A stretch of 64,000 nucleotides of DNA from Eledone cirrhosa (GCA_964016885.1 OZ024743.1:222580001-222644000); one strand, 5' to 3'; shown: positions 49,282 through 61,275, numbered from the stretch's first letter. Notes: a model not told the origin generated them from the letters alone. Made by a program: numbers and translations.

Positions 49282-51550
49282 GTTTCTTTTATTTGCCACA
49301 AGGGCATCAAAAGTGGGACAAGTACAATGGGGGGAGTTTACAAAACAAGGCGTCCTCAATAGGGAGAAGGCAATAACAATATATAAAAATAAAATAAAAT
49401 ATAACAAAAAATAGAATTATAACAAAATCCTCAATAGAGGATTTTGTTATAAAATATAACAAAAAATAAAATTTATAACAAAATCCTCAATAGAGAGGAG
49501 GCGCCTTGGGGGTCGCACACACCCCCGAAAAAAGTGTGCAACCCTTTTCCTCAGGAGCACAGAGAGGGGGTGCTCCCTCGTTCCTTCCTCTTTTCCACCT
49601 ACAGGCTTATGTAAAGAGAAGGCCCATTCACACGGGCCATTCTCGCCACTTTCACCCACCTTTCATAAAAACGACTGGGGTGCAGCACCTCTCTCTCCAT
49701 CCTGATCCTTCTTCCGAAATGATATCGGAAGAAACGGACCAGTTGTTGGCCAGAGAGAAAGGTGCCTGACCTCAGTCCTTTCAGACGCGTCCACCATACA
49801 ACCTCTTTCGCCATGGCTATTACGCACAGAAACACCGCCTCTGCTTCATCTTTGAAGGGGGGGGGGGGGGGGGCTTGATCATTACAATAGACTCGGTGGT
49901 CAACCAGATCGGTCCCACCCTTGACAGCAGTTGTTCGACATAGCCCCACAGATCGGCTACGCCCGAGCAGTGTACCAATGCGTGTGTAACGGTTTCCTCG
50001 TCGCACACGCATCTGGGACAGATCTTTTTGGCGGAGTCCCTACCCGGGCGCCCGTGTCTGTAGAGCCTTTCTCGAACGGGTAAAGCTCCTCGGTAGCACT
50101 GCCAGGCCAGGGACTTCTGGAAGTTGTCCATATGTCCCGGGCTGAATGTCCTACCGAACAGGCTGGCCAGTTCGTCCTCCTCCATGTCTAGGGCTTCTCC
50201 GAGGGCGTCGTCGCACCTGCTGCGTACCAGCCCTCTATAGAATGTTGCGGTGGAGTCTCCACTGATAACCGGATCCGCCTGCCAGAGGGCGGTGAGCGCC
50301 TGGGCACACTCAGTGTGCCAGGCGCCCAGTTTTCTCGGTCTTTGCTTGACCCAGGATTGCAGCTCGGTGAGTGAGACGAGTCTGGGAAAGGTTCGTCTCA
50401 CAAACGAGGCCCACACCGGTTGTCCGGTGAGGAATACGTAGAGGTGCCGTAGCCTTAATGCGTGTTTACGCATCATTAGCCACGGCATCCCCAGCCCTCC
50501 TTTCGAAGAGTGTTGACAGCAGATGGATCTCCTCACCATAGGAGCCCGCCTCTTCCAAAGGAATTGGAAGAGCGCGCGCTCCATCTTGGTGAGGGTTTCC
50601 CTTGGGCAGGGCACTACGGTCAGGCGGTAGTAGATGACGGACGCTATGTAGGTGTTCGCCACCTCCGCCCGACCTTTCAGGAATAGTTTGCAACTGGCCC
50701 ACTTCTGGGTCAGTGCAAACACCCTGTTCGTAACCTCCGCCCAGTTTTTCTCCACCTGGAGGTCCGGTCCGAACCAGACCCCGAGCAACTTCACCGGGCC
50801 CTCCGTCCAGCGTCCGACGACGCCATCGGAGGGCATCGGTCTGCCCCTCCACGTGCCGAGTTGCAAACCGATCGACTTGTCCCGGTTCAGCTTAGCCCCT
50901 GTGAACTTTTCGTACTCCTCCAGTAAGGTGCCGACCGCCTCGATTTCGGAGGCCGTCGACACCATTACTGTCACGTCATCGGCGTAGGCCGACACCGCTT
51001 TCCGCAATCCCGGTTCCAAAGGGATGCCCTGCAACAACTCCAACTTCCGCAGTAGTGGCTCGAGAGTCAACACATACAGAAGGGAGGAGAGAGGGCACCC
51101 TTGTCGGATGGACCGCGCGATTTTGAACGGCTCCGAGAGGTAGCCGTTCACCTTGACCCTAGAGCAGATGCGGCTGCTGTGCATAGCAGTGATCCAGCCC
51201 CTGAAAACGGGTCCGAAGCCTGCCGCCGCTAGCACCGCATCCAGGTAACCATGGTCGACTCTATCGAACGCCTTAGATTGATCCAAGTTGATCAGAGCCC
51301 CACCAAAGCCGGGTTCGTTCCCAACCCTCTCTATGATGTATCGCATGAGGTGGAGGTTGTCATGGATGGACCTGGACGGGATAGCGCATGTCTGCGCATC
51401 TCCCACCAGGTTGCCCACGACAAGCGCCAACCTCTTTGCTAGCACCTTGGCCAAAATCTGTAACTCTGTATTTAGCAGAGTTATGGGCCTGAAGTTACTT
51501 ATTTCGTCCCCCTTGTTCTCGTCCTTCCTCACTAGCGTGACTACGCCCTT
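49282..51550 (-). mobile_element. 5'-truncated L1/Tx1-clade LINE (RT + CCHC + 3' UTR)
   Basis: FRPITLLN, DQSKAFDRV, RQGCPLS, AYADD, GGLG, CPRC..EETVTHALVHC; frame broken at G run 49857-49873. Confidence 0.92.
49820..51532 (-). pseudogene. Tx1-like ORF2 reverse transcriptase fragment (570 aa open)
   Basis: RT motifs above; lacks APE domain. Confidence 0.9.
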
Positions 51551-51552
51551 AG

Positions 51553-51878
51553 ATAGGTAGGTAGGTGGGTAGGTGGGTAGGTAGGTAGATAGGTAGGTAG
51601 GTAGGTAGGTAGGTAGGTAGGTAGGTAGGTAGGTAAGTAGGTAGGTAGGTAGGTTGGTAGGTAGGTAGGTAGGTAAGTAGGTAGGTTGGTAGGTAGATAG
51701 GTAGGTAGGTAGGTAGGTAGGTAGGTAGGTAGGTAGGTAGGTAGGTAGGTAGGTAGGTAGGTAAGTAGGTAGGTAGGTTGGTAGGTAGGTAGGTAGGTAG
51801 GTAGGTAGGTAGGTAGGTAGGTAGGTAGGTAGGTAGGTAGGTAGGTAGGTAGGTAGGTAGGTAGGTAGGCAGGCAGGT
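51553..51878 (+). repeat. (TAGG)n microsatellite
   Basis: Direct. Confidence 0.97.
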
Positions 51879-52108
51879 ATATTTCTTTATTTGCCACAAG
51901 GGCGCACAAGAAAAGGTAGATAGATAGAAAGATAGATAGAAAGATATGTTTCTTTATTAGCCACAGGGGCACAAAAGAAGGGGACAAATACAAAGGGCGA
52001 AGTTTACATACAATAAAAACGTGTAAAATGTTATCACAAATGCAATAGAAAGATAGAAAGATAGAAAGATAGAAAGATCTTTTTCTCTATCTATCTATCT
52101 AACTATAT

Positions 52109-52447
52109 CAGGGTGGAGAGAGAGGCACTGCACCCCAGTAAATTTACTGAAAAATGGGTGAATGAAGCGAAAATGGCCCGAGTGATTGGGCCTTCTCTGT
52201 TTATAAGCCTGTAGGTTGAGGAAGAGAGCAAAAGGAAGAAAGGAGCACTTGCACAACACGCTCCTCGAGTTGAGGGTTGTTCTATCGACGGGGTATTAAA
52301 CAACCCATTTGTGGCGCCTCCCCCCTATTGGGGATTTCGATTGTTATAATTGTTTGTTTTTATATTTTTTACACGACTGTATGTAAAATCCCCGGCATGT
52401 CTTTGTTTTGTCCCCTTTTCTTGTGCGCCCTTGTGGCTAATAAAGAA
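52109..52447 (+). mobile_element. Tx1-like LINE 3' fragment with 20-bp target-site duplication
   Basis: ATCTATCTATCTAACTATAT at 52089-52108 and 52448-52467; similar to reverse complement of 49282-49700. Confidence 0.85.
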
Positions 52448-52457
52448 ATCTATCTAT

Positions 52458-52567
<110 letters not shown>

Positions 52568-52945
52568 TGAGTGTATGTGTGTGTGTGTGTGATAGAGAGA
52601 GAAGAAAACAGAGAGATTGTAAGAGATGGTGACAGTGTGTGAGAGAAAGAGAGATAGTAACCGTAAAATAGTGACAGAGAGAGGGAGGAGAGATATTGAG
52701 AAAGTGATAGAGAGAGAAGGAAACCATTAGATAGTGAGTGAGAGAGTGACCATTTGGTAGTGACACAGAGAAAGAGAGAGAGGGGTAGGACTATGAGAGA
52801 TAGAGAGAGACAGACAAAGTGAGAGAGGGACAGAGAGAGAGAGAACATGAGATAGCGACAGATAAATAGAGAGAGAGAGAGGAACTGAGATAGAGACAGA
52901 GGGAGAGAGACCATGAGATAGTGACAAAGAGAATGAGAAGGATCG

Positions 52946-52998
<53 letters not shown>

Positions 52999-53159
52999 AA
53001 GAGAAAGAGAGAGAGAGACTATGAGATAACTACAGAGAAATAGAGAGAGAAGTGACTTGTATATAAATATTAGAGAGTGAGAAAGAAAACGAAAGAGAAG
53101 ACAAAAAGAGTGTGAAATAGAGAAAAAAGTGATAAAGAGAAGGTAGTAGCGGTGGAGAC

Positions 53160-54180
53160 TTCTGGTGTTGTTGGTCCTTGGATTACTTCCCTACTTACTG
53201 CTATTCGGGTGGAGTTGGTCACCCGCAAGAGTGAAAGCCGCGAATAATTCCGGTGTTGTTGGTCCTTGGATTACTTCCCTACTCACTGCTATTCGGGTGG
53301 AGTTGGTCACCCGCAAGAGTGAAAGCCGCGAATAATTCCGGTGTTGTTGGTCCTTGGATTACTTCCCTACTCACTGCTATTCGGGTGGAGTTGGTCACCC
53401 GCAAGAGTGAAAGCCGCGAATAATTCTGGTGTTGTTGGTCCTTGGATTACTTCCCTACTCACTGCTATTCGGGTGGAGTTAGTCACCCGCAAGAGTGAAA
53501 GCCGCGAATAATCCTGGTATTGTTGGTCCTTGGATTACTTCCCTACTCACTGCTATTCGGGTGGAGTTAGTCACCCGCAAGAGTGAAAGCCGCGAATAAT
53601 TCTGGTGTTGTTGGTCCTTGGATTACTTCCCTACTTACTGCTATTCGGGTGGAGTTGGCCACCCGCAAGAGTGAAAGCCGCGAATAATTCTGGTGTTTTT
53701 GGTCCTAGGACTACCTTCCTACTTACTGCTATCGGGGTGGTGTAGGATACCTGCAGAAGTGGGCCCCATGAAGACTTCTGTCATTGTTGGTCCCCTATAC
53801 CATCTTCCTACTCACTGTTAATAGGGTGGAGCTGGCAAAGACGCAAACACTTCTGGCGCTGTTGGGCCCTTTTACCACCTTCCTACTTACTGCTATCAAG
53901 GTGGAGTTGGCCACCTGCAGGAGTGGGCCCCGTGAAGACTTCTGGTGTTGTTGGTCCCTACTCACCGCTAATATGGGTGGAGCTGGCCACATACAGGAGT
54001 GAAACCTGCGAAAACTTCTAGCGTTGTTGGTCCCTTTTACCACCTTCCTACTTACTGCTATCCGGGTGGAGTTGACCACCCGCAGGAGTGAGACTCGCAA
54101 AGACTTCTGGTGTTATTAGTCCCTGGACTACCTCACTACTCACTGCTATCGGGGTAGAGTTGGCCACCCACAGGAGTGGG
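53160..54180. repeat. 88-bp tandem repeat (about 6-7 near-identical copies plus ~5 diverged)
   Basis: TTCTGGTGTTGTTGGTCCTTGGATTACTTCCCTACTCACTGCTATTCGGGTGGAGTTGGTCACCCGCAAGAGTGAAAGCCGCGAATAA. Confidence 0.92.
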
Positions 54181-54464
54181 CCGGCCAGTTGGAATAGCTA
54201 CTTCAACGTGTCTCCTTTGCTATCATACGGAGTAACGCTTTCTCCATTCTGGTAGTTGAGACCATGAGGTGGTGCCTGCTTGGGTTTCTGCACATCAAAG
54301 AATATTACCCCGCACTGTGGTTTCATTGGGCACAAAGATGGTATAGGTTGTTGTTATTTCTTGGTCCCAATGAATAATATAAAAAAGCTAGGGTTGGAGA
54401 GCTATAACAACAACAACAAGCAAGAAATATGAGATAAAGTCAAAATAGAGTAACATCGTATATG

Positions 54465-54629
54465 CAGTGCTGGATTTACCATTGCGCTTAGGTGTCTTTC
54501 AGCACAGGGCCCGGTTGGCCAGGTGAGCCCATCTTCCTGCCCCCAAAATTTTTTACTATGAATTTTTCAAAATAAGGGACCTTATAACTTAACTAGTAAA
54601 GGGCCTCATTTGTCCTAAATCCGGCACTA
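54465..54629. mobile_element. hAT-superfamily MITE with 8-bp TSD
   Basis: TIR CAGTGCTGGATTTA / TAAATCCGGCACTA; TSD CGTATATG at 54457-54464 and 54630-54637; related fragment at 21490-21570. Confidence 0.85.
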
Positions 54630-54736
54630 CGTATATGAGATACTTGAATAGGGAGAAAATTAAAATGAAAATGAAACTGAAAATGAAAGAGAGATAAAAT
54701 AAAAAATGGAAGAAAAGCAATAGGAAAGCGGAAGAA

Positions 54737-56070
54737 AATAGTAATGGAGATGGGGGAAATAGTAATAGAGAGGAGGAAATAGTAATAGAGAGGGGGAAAT
54801 AGTAATAGAGAGGGGAGAAATAGTAATAGAGAGGGGAGAAATAGTAATAGAGAGGGGAGAAATAGTAATAGAGTGGGGAGAAATAGTAATAGAGAGGGGG
54901 AATAGTAATAGAGAGGGGGAAATAGTAATAGAGCGGGGGAAATAGTAATGGTGAGGGGAAAATAGTAATGGAGAGGGGGAAATAGTAATAGAGAGGGGGA
55001 AATAGTAATAGAGAAGGGGAAATAGTAATAGAGTGGGGGAAATAGTAATAGAGAGGGGGAAATAGTAATAGAGAGGGGGAAATAGTAATAGAGAGGGGAG
55101 AAATAGTAATAGAGAGGGGAGAAATAGTAATAGAGAGGGGAGAAATAGTAATAGAGTGGGGAGAAATAGTAATAGAGAGGGGGAATAGTAATAGAGTGGG
55201 GGAAATAGTAATAGAGCGGGGGAAATAGTAATGGAGAGGGGGAAATAGTAATGGAGAGGGGGAAATAGTAATAGAGAGGGAGAAATAGTAATAGAGTGGG
55301 GGAAATAGTAATAGAGAGGGGGAAATAGTAATAGAGAGGGGGAAATAGTAATAGAAAGGGGGAAATAGTAATAGAGTGGGGGAAATAGTAATAGAGAGGG
55401 GAAATAGTAATAGAGAGGGGGAAATAGTAATAGAGAAGGGGAAATAGTAATAGAGTGGGGGAAATAGTAATAGAGAGGGGGAAATAGTATTAGAGTGGGG
55501 GAAATAGTAATAGAGAGGGGGAAATAGTAATAGAGAGGGGGAAATAGTAATAGAGAGGGGGAAGTAGTAAGAGAGTGGGGGAAATAGTATTAGAGTGTGA
55601 AAATAGTAATGGAGTGGGGAAATAGTATTAGAGTGGGGGAAATCGTAATAGAGAGGGGGAAATAGTAATAGAGAGGGGGAAATAGTAATAGAGAGGGGAG
55701 AAATAGTAATAGAGTGGGGAGAAATAGTAATAGAGTGGGGGAAATAGTAAGAGAGTGGGGGAAATAGTAAGAGAGTGGGGGAAATAGTAATAGAGTGGGT
55801 GGCAATAGTATTAGAGTGGGAAAATAGTAATAGAGCGGGGGGAAATAGTAAGAGAGTGGGGGAAATAGTAATAGAGAGGGGGAAATAGTAATAGAGAGGG
55901 GAGAAATAGTAATAGAGTGGGGAGAAATAGTAATAGAGTGGGGGAAATAGTAAGAGAGTGGGGGAAATAGTAAGAGAGTGGGGGGAAATAGTAATAGAGT
56001 GGGTGGCAATAGTATTAGAGTGGGGAAATAGTAATAGAGCGGGGGGAAATAGTAAGAGAGTGGGGGAAAT
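54737..56070 (+). repeat. 20/21-bp G-tract minisatellite
   Basis: GAAATAGTAATAGAG(A/T)GGGG(G) x ~65. Confidence 0.96.
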
Positions 56071-56460
56071 AGGGGACGTAAAATAGAGTGGGGGAAGATA
56101 AGTAAATTGGAGAGAAAAGAGAGGTAAAGAAATGAAGAAGTAAAAATTAAAAAAAGTAAGAGAAATATGAGGTTAGAGAGTAAGAATGTTAGAGAATGTA
56201 AACGTAGAGGACAATATATGGCGTGCTGATATATGTATGTGTATGTGTGTGTGCGTGTGTGTGTGTTCCATATACACATATATATATGTGTGTGTATATG
56301 TGTGCCATATACATATATATATGTGTGTGTGTATGAGTGTGCCATATACATATATAAATGTGTGTATATGTGTGCCATATACATATATGTGTGTATGAGT
56401 GTGCCATATACATATCTATCTACATATCTGTGTGTGTATGTGTGTGTATATGGCGTGTCG

Positions 56461-56543
<83 letters not shown>

Positions 56544-56592
56544 GATATATATATGTGTATGTGTATGTGTGCCATATAAATATATATATATG

Positions 56593-56691
56593 CAGGATGT
56601 TCCAAAAAATGTATACACACTTTGATTACCTGTACAGGCAATATTTCTTAGAATTCTGTTGAAGTGTGTATACATTTTTGCGGACACCCTG
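56593..56691. mobile_element. Tc1/mariner-type MITE (CAGGGTGTCCC family)
   Basis: CAGGATGTTCCAAAAAATGTATACACACT ... AGTGTGTATACATTTTTGCGGACACCCTG. Confidence 0.75.
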
Positions 56692-56728
56692 TATATATAT
56701 ATATCCTATATATATTATAAATATATGA

Positions 56729-56795
<67 letters not shown>

Positions 56796-56913
56796 GCCAA
56801 CACAAGAGCAAGAATGAAGTGTTCATTCTACTGACATGGCTATAAAATTGAGGTTTGTTTGCATAATTGCAAACGAATCGAATTTATAATTAATATTCGA
56901 AAAAAACTCAGAT

Positions 56914-56951
<38 letters not shown>

Positions 56952-57242
56952 GTTCAAGGGTATCTTAAAGAGAGAGATGGAGATAGGAGAGGAGAAGAGA
57001 GATTGGTGAATTGGTTAGAAGCCAAAGCGTAAAGGCATGTGCTCAATGTGCAATATGCTGTGGAAGGCAGCTAGGTGGCTGGGTTCATGCAGAGGTTAGG
57101 TGCACAGAGCTGGAAATATTCATTAGTTAAGCAAAACAAGACCACAAATTTCACAAGGAAGACATTATTAAAAGATTGTCAGCATAGTTTTAGTTTAATG
57201 TAAGGAATGTAAAGAATAATAATGATAATACTAATAATGTCC

Positions 57243-57361
57243 GTTTACAATTGTTTCGCTACTCCATATAATGTTTCTGGATCAAATGATTATAGATCAT
57301 TATTGATCTGGTTCAGATGAAGATAATTAACTTAGGTAAAATTGGAGCAGCTCATCGGAAC
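57243..57361 (-). ncRNA. Hammerhead fold (CCGATGA core, long stem II), pLTR copy 1
   Basis: Reverse complement of 58271-58389. Confidence 0.62.
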
Positions 57362-58270
57362 TTCAAAATGAATATAAATTAAAGTAAAGAAAGAAGGTTA
57401 CATGAATGTACTGTTCCATATATTGGTATTTCACTATGGTGTCCTGGGTATTTCTATTGTCTGCCATAGGCGAGCAATATTCTTCTGTCGAGGCTGCATT
57501 ATTTGAGATCTGCCTATGGGGAACAAGATGGCCGCAAAAGGACATATTTATCTTACTAATTAGAGGGTGGTTTCAGGGGAAGTAACTCCTCGAGAAATTA
57601 GAAATTGTAGATAGTTTATAGTTAAGAATTGCTAATGAGTTTAAATGAGAGACAATGTAAGGGAGGTAACTTATAATTATCTAAATTAGCTGTAACTATT
57701 TAACTTGTTAGCTATAAGGAAAAGTGGGGATAGATAACTATGTTGGGTCAAATATTCTGTTCGCGAAGGAATTAGCCCTTCGATGTTGACAGCTAATAGT
57801 TACCTCCGTTCTATCATTAATCGGTGGAGGTCGTGATAGAGTTATGTAATAGGCTTCGGTAAGACAGAGATCACAATAGTTTCTTCGTCCATTGAACGAT
57901 TGGGCTCTGGCCAAGATATCCCATGTTAGTGAGTGTTCAATGTTGGTTAATTTAAGGTGTTTAATGAGCCTAGATAGAGATGTCGAACATCTATTGCTAG
58001 GGTCTCGGAAGGAAAATGAGTGCGCATTATAGCGTACCTTAAAAGGGTTATAGTTGTTGCTAATTTTGTGAGGAAATTATTCTTGTGTTTATAATGCTTT
58101 TTGAATTTAATGCTCCTGACGAAGTTAAATAGATCTTTCTCAAAAGGGTCCAGCAGGATGTTGTGTGGAAGGTTCTTGCGGGTGGTAAATCCATATCTGT
58201 TTGCTGTACTATATGGAACATTACATTCATGTAACCTTCTTTCTTTACTTTAATTTATATTCATTTTGAA

Positions 58271-58389
58271 GTTCCGATGAGCTGCTCCAATTTTACCTAA
58301 GTTAATTATCTTCATCTGAACCAGATCAATAATGATCTATAATCATTTGATCCAGAAACATTATATGGAGTAGCGAAACAATTGTAAAC
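58271..58389 (+). ncRNA. Hammerhead fold (CCGATGA core, long stem II), pLTR copy 2
   Basis: GTT-CCGATGA-GCTGCTCCA...TGGAGTAGC-GAAA-CAATTG-TA-AAC; 9-bp stem II base, palindromic stem III. Confidence 0.65.
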
Positions 58390-58509
58390 GGACATTATTA
58401 GTATTATCATTATTATTCTTTACATTCCTTACATTAAACTAAAACTATGCTGACAATCTTTTAATAATGTCTTCCTTGTGAAATTTGTGGTCTTGTTTTG
58501 CTTAACTAA

Positions 58510-58549
<40 letters not shown>

Positions 58550-58552
<3 letters not shown>

Positions 58553-58738
58553 CGAAGGGGGTGTGGTAAGGAACCAGATGAACCACAACGCACCAGAGTA
58601 CTCAATACTTAGGGTAGTAGAGTGGGTAATAGGAAAATGTATGATCCCGACGGCAGAGCTCAAGCCGTTTCGATGGTATTTCTGAACTGAAATACCCGTT
58701 GAAACGGCTTGAGCTCTGCCGTCGAGGTCATACATTTT

Positions 58739-58742
<4 letters not shown>
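58550..58742. mobile_element. Fold-back micro-element in (TA)n (same family as 1432-1622)
   Basis: Shared leader; inverted repeat 58629-58742. Confidence 0.78.
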
Positions 58743-58823
<81 letters not shown>

Positions 58824-58896
58824 ACCTCCCTGTATAGATAAGAAATGTATAATCTATAAATTAAGCCCCCATATTAACTGTAAAACTAGAAATGTA

Positions 58897-59214
58897 GTGT
58901 ATAGCATAAGATGTACTGAAGGACAATGTAGAGATAAGAATATAGTGTACATAGGTGAGACAGCTCATAGTATAGGGGAACGGATAAATGAACACTGGCG
59001 AGAGCTTCAAGATAGTAAAGAATCATCTGTACTCCACCAACATGCTAAAATAGAACATAAGGGTAAATTAGAGAACATAGAAAAAAAAATAGAATCTACA
59101 CACAGAAAAGACGCAATGTTTAGACAAATCACAGAGGCAATAAACATAAATGAACTCCAACCAAAATTAAATAGAAAACATGAATGGAATAGCAACATCA
59201 CAACTTACAATTAA
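58897..59214 (+). pseudogene. Penelope GIY-YIG endonuclease domain (5'-truncated)
   Basis: VYSIRC..QC....YIGETAHSIGERINEH...SVLHQH...RQITEAININELQPKLNRKHEW. Confidence 0.9.
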
Positions 59215-59389
59215 GGACAAAATGAAAACACACACACACATAGAACAAACAACCAACCAGTAACATGTAAATAAACAAATAAATAAACAAATATAAACAC
59301 ACACAGACACCCGGATGTAACACATACAAAAACAAGATGGCGTAGGACAGAACAAAGGAGAAGCACAAAAACAAACAAAAGAATCCCCA

Positions 59390-59432
59390 GTCACTGAAGA
59401 GGTCACAGAATGTGTGACGAAAGAACTTTGAC
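59390..59432 (+). ncRNA. Minimal type I hammerhead ribozyme with intact core
   Basis: GTCA-CTGAAGA-G-GTCACA-GAATG-TGTGAC-GAAA-GAAC-TT-TGAC in the Penelope 3' region. Confidence 0.78.
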
Positions 59433-59560
59433 AATATATGAACAATTGTCTGGTTGTGGAACCAACCAATCAACCGGAAATTTATAAATTTAATTTAATA
59501 AATTGAAGTGAAACAACTGGTGCGTGTGTTTCTTATTGGCAACATGACCCTCCCAAAGTA

Positions 59561-59593
<33 letters not shown>

Positions 59594-59595
<2 letters not shown>

Positions 59596-59768
59596 GATTT
59601 AATATAGAAGTGGATTCTACAGGACTAGAACTGTTTCATTCTGATGATTTCCTTCGAATGAAACATTCTAGTCCTGTAGAAATCATTTATATATTAAATA
59701 TTGTATATACTCTACTATGTATTGAGTACCTTACTTACTGTGGTTACCCCCGATTGAACCCGGGATAC
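59594..59768 (+). mobile_element. Penelope-type fold-back terminal fragment
   Basis: IR GATTCTACAGGACTAGAACTGTTTCATTC / GAATGAAACATTCTAGTCCTGTAGAAATC around CTGATGA. Confidence 0.7.
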
Positions 59769-59882
59769 ACATAGACATGTATGTATATATATAAATATAA
59801 ATATATATATATATAAATATAAATATATATATAAATATAAATATATAAACACACACACACATACACACACACACACACATAT

Positions 59883-60095
59883 AAAGACCTGAAAATCCGC
59901 CTCTTCATTGCTGTAGTGGAATCTGTGCTGCTGTACGGGTCTGAGACTTGGACACTGACCAAGAAACTCACTCAGCTGGTTGATGGGTGCTACACGAGAA
60001 TGCTGAGGATGGCTCTGAACATTAATCAGTATAGACTGAGGATGAAAAACTCAGAGCTGTATGGGAGCCTCCCAAAAGTCAGCTCAAAAGTGACA
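59883..60095 (+). pseudogene. RTE-type LINE fragment (post-RT region)
   Basis: LKIRLFIAVVESVLLYGSETWTLTKKL...DGCYTRMLRMALNI. Confidence 0.85.
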
Positions 60096-60249
60096 CATAA
60101 GAGTGGGAAATGAATTTTCGTTTCATTTTTTCCGTTTATCGTTTTCGGTGCACCCGGCCGATTAACCCACTCGATATGCAAATTCGGCTACTCAGCCGTT
60201 AATATGCATAAGGTAAGTATATACGTTCAACAATCTGGCAGAAAGGTAT

Positions 60250-60292
60250 ACGTTGCTGACAATAGCTAATAAGCTTGAAACTAGTACAGCGT
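60250..60292 (+). ncRNA. Minimal type I hammerhead fold (CTGACGA mutated to CTGACAA)
   Basis: ACGTTG-CTGACAA-TAGCT-AATA-AGCTT-GAAA-CTAG-TA-CAGCGT; lies between ~41-bp direct repeats 60098-60139 / 60508-60548. Confidence 0.68.
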
Positions 60293-60667
60293 TCCTTTGT
60301 CAAACGAGCAACGAAGGTTGCTAGACACTACGGCTTAATACGGGATGTTTGTTTACAAACACACCGAGCATTATAATAAATGTTCGGTGAATCCAAACGT
60401 GCATATATATATGTGTGCATGTATGTATATATATATACATACTACTGTACGTCTGTACACATATAAGTATGTACGTGTACATACTTATATTTAAGTAACA
60501 GCCGTACTAAGAGTGGGAAATGAAATTTCGTTTCATTTTTTCCGTTTATATATATATATATATATATGTTTGTACGTATGTATGTATGTATGTATGTATG
60601 TATGTATGTATGTATGTATGTATGTATGTATGTATGTATGTGTGTATGTATGCATGTATGTATGTAT

Positions 60668-60822
60668 AGGAAAACTCTGATATAACACCTGCAACCCTGA
60701 TGGTATCCAATGATGTTCACTTGTTCTTCTTTTTGGTAAATATCATCTTGGTTAAGAGAGTGGTTCTCCTACATGGATATAAAGTAGTGGCCGTACTCGA
60801 AAACGAGTTGGCAGCCACCATG
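60668..60822 (+). mobile_element. 155-bp bipartite non-autonomous RTE derivative (5' UTR piece + 3' stem-loop)
   Basis: 5' part aligns to RTE 5' UTR 41967-41876; 3' 35 nt match RTE terminus 37713-37679 at 30/35; flanked by (TATG)n. Confidence 0.8.
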
Positions 60823-60928
60823 TATGTTTGTATGTATGTATGCATATGTGTATATATGTACGTGTATGTATGTATGTGTGTGTATGTGTGTGTATGGATA
60901 TGTATGCGTGCGTGGGAGTGTATGCATG

Positions 60929-60976
<48 letters not shown>

Positions 60977-61154
60977 AGTGTGTGTGTGTGTCAATGAAGG
61001 AAGAAGTAATTATCTGTATCGGTACAAGATCAACGGCTGCAACACTGCAGTGATATTTAGATGTGGTGTGACGTCTTACTGCAACATGTAAACAGCAATG
61101 TTGCTCTACATCTCCTCCTCCTCCTCCTCCTCCTCGACAACAAACACACATCTC

Positions 61155-61275
<121 letters not shown>

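Larger units (their letters stand above)
56951..58516 (-). mobile_element. Internally deleted Penelope-like element with inverted ~307-bp pseudo-LTRs
   Basis: IR 57116-57422 / 58210-58516 (about one mismatch); minus-strand remnants YGFTTRKNLP...PFEKDLFNFVRSIKF (N-terminal) and WDILARAQSFNGRRNYCDLCLTEAYYI (GIY-YIG C-terminal). Confidence 0.85.
58821..59566 (+). mobile_element. 5'-truncated Penelope-like element (GIY-YIG endonuclease + pLTR) between (TA)n tracts
   Basis: EN ORF, hammerhead, AATAAA and terminal TGGCAACATGACCCTCCCAAAGTATAAC. Confidence 0.88.

Noticed and set aside
51553-51878. Telomere-like repeat / PTYL ORFs
   Set aside because: (TAGG)n tetranucleotide microsatellite, not TTAGGG; ORFs are artefacts
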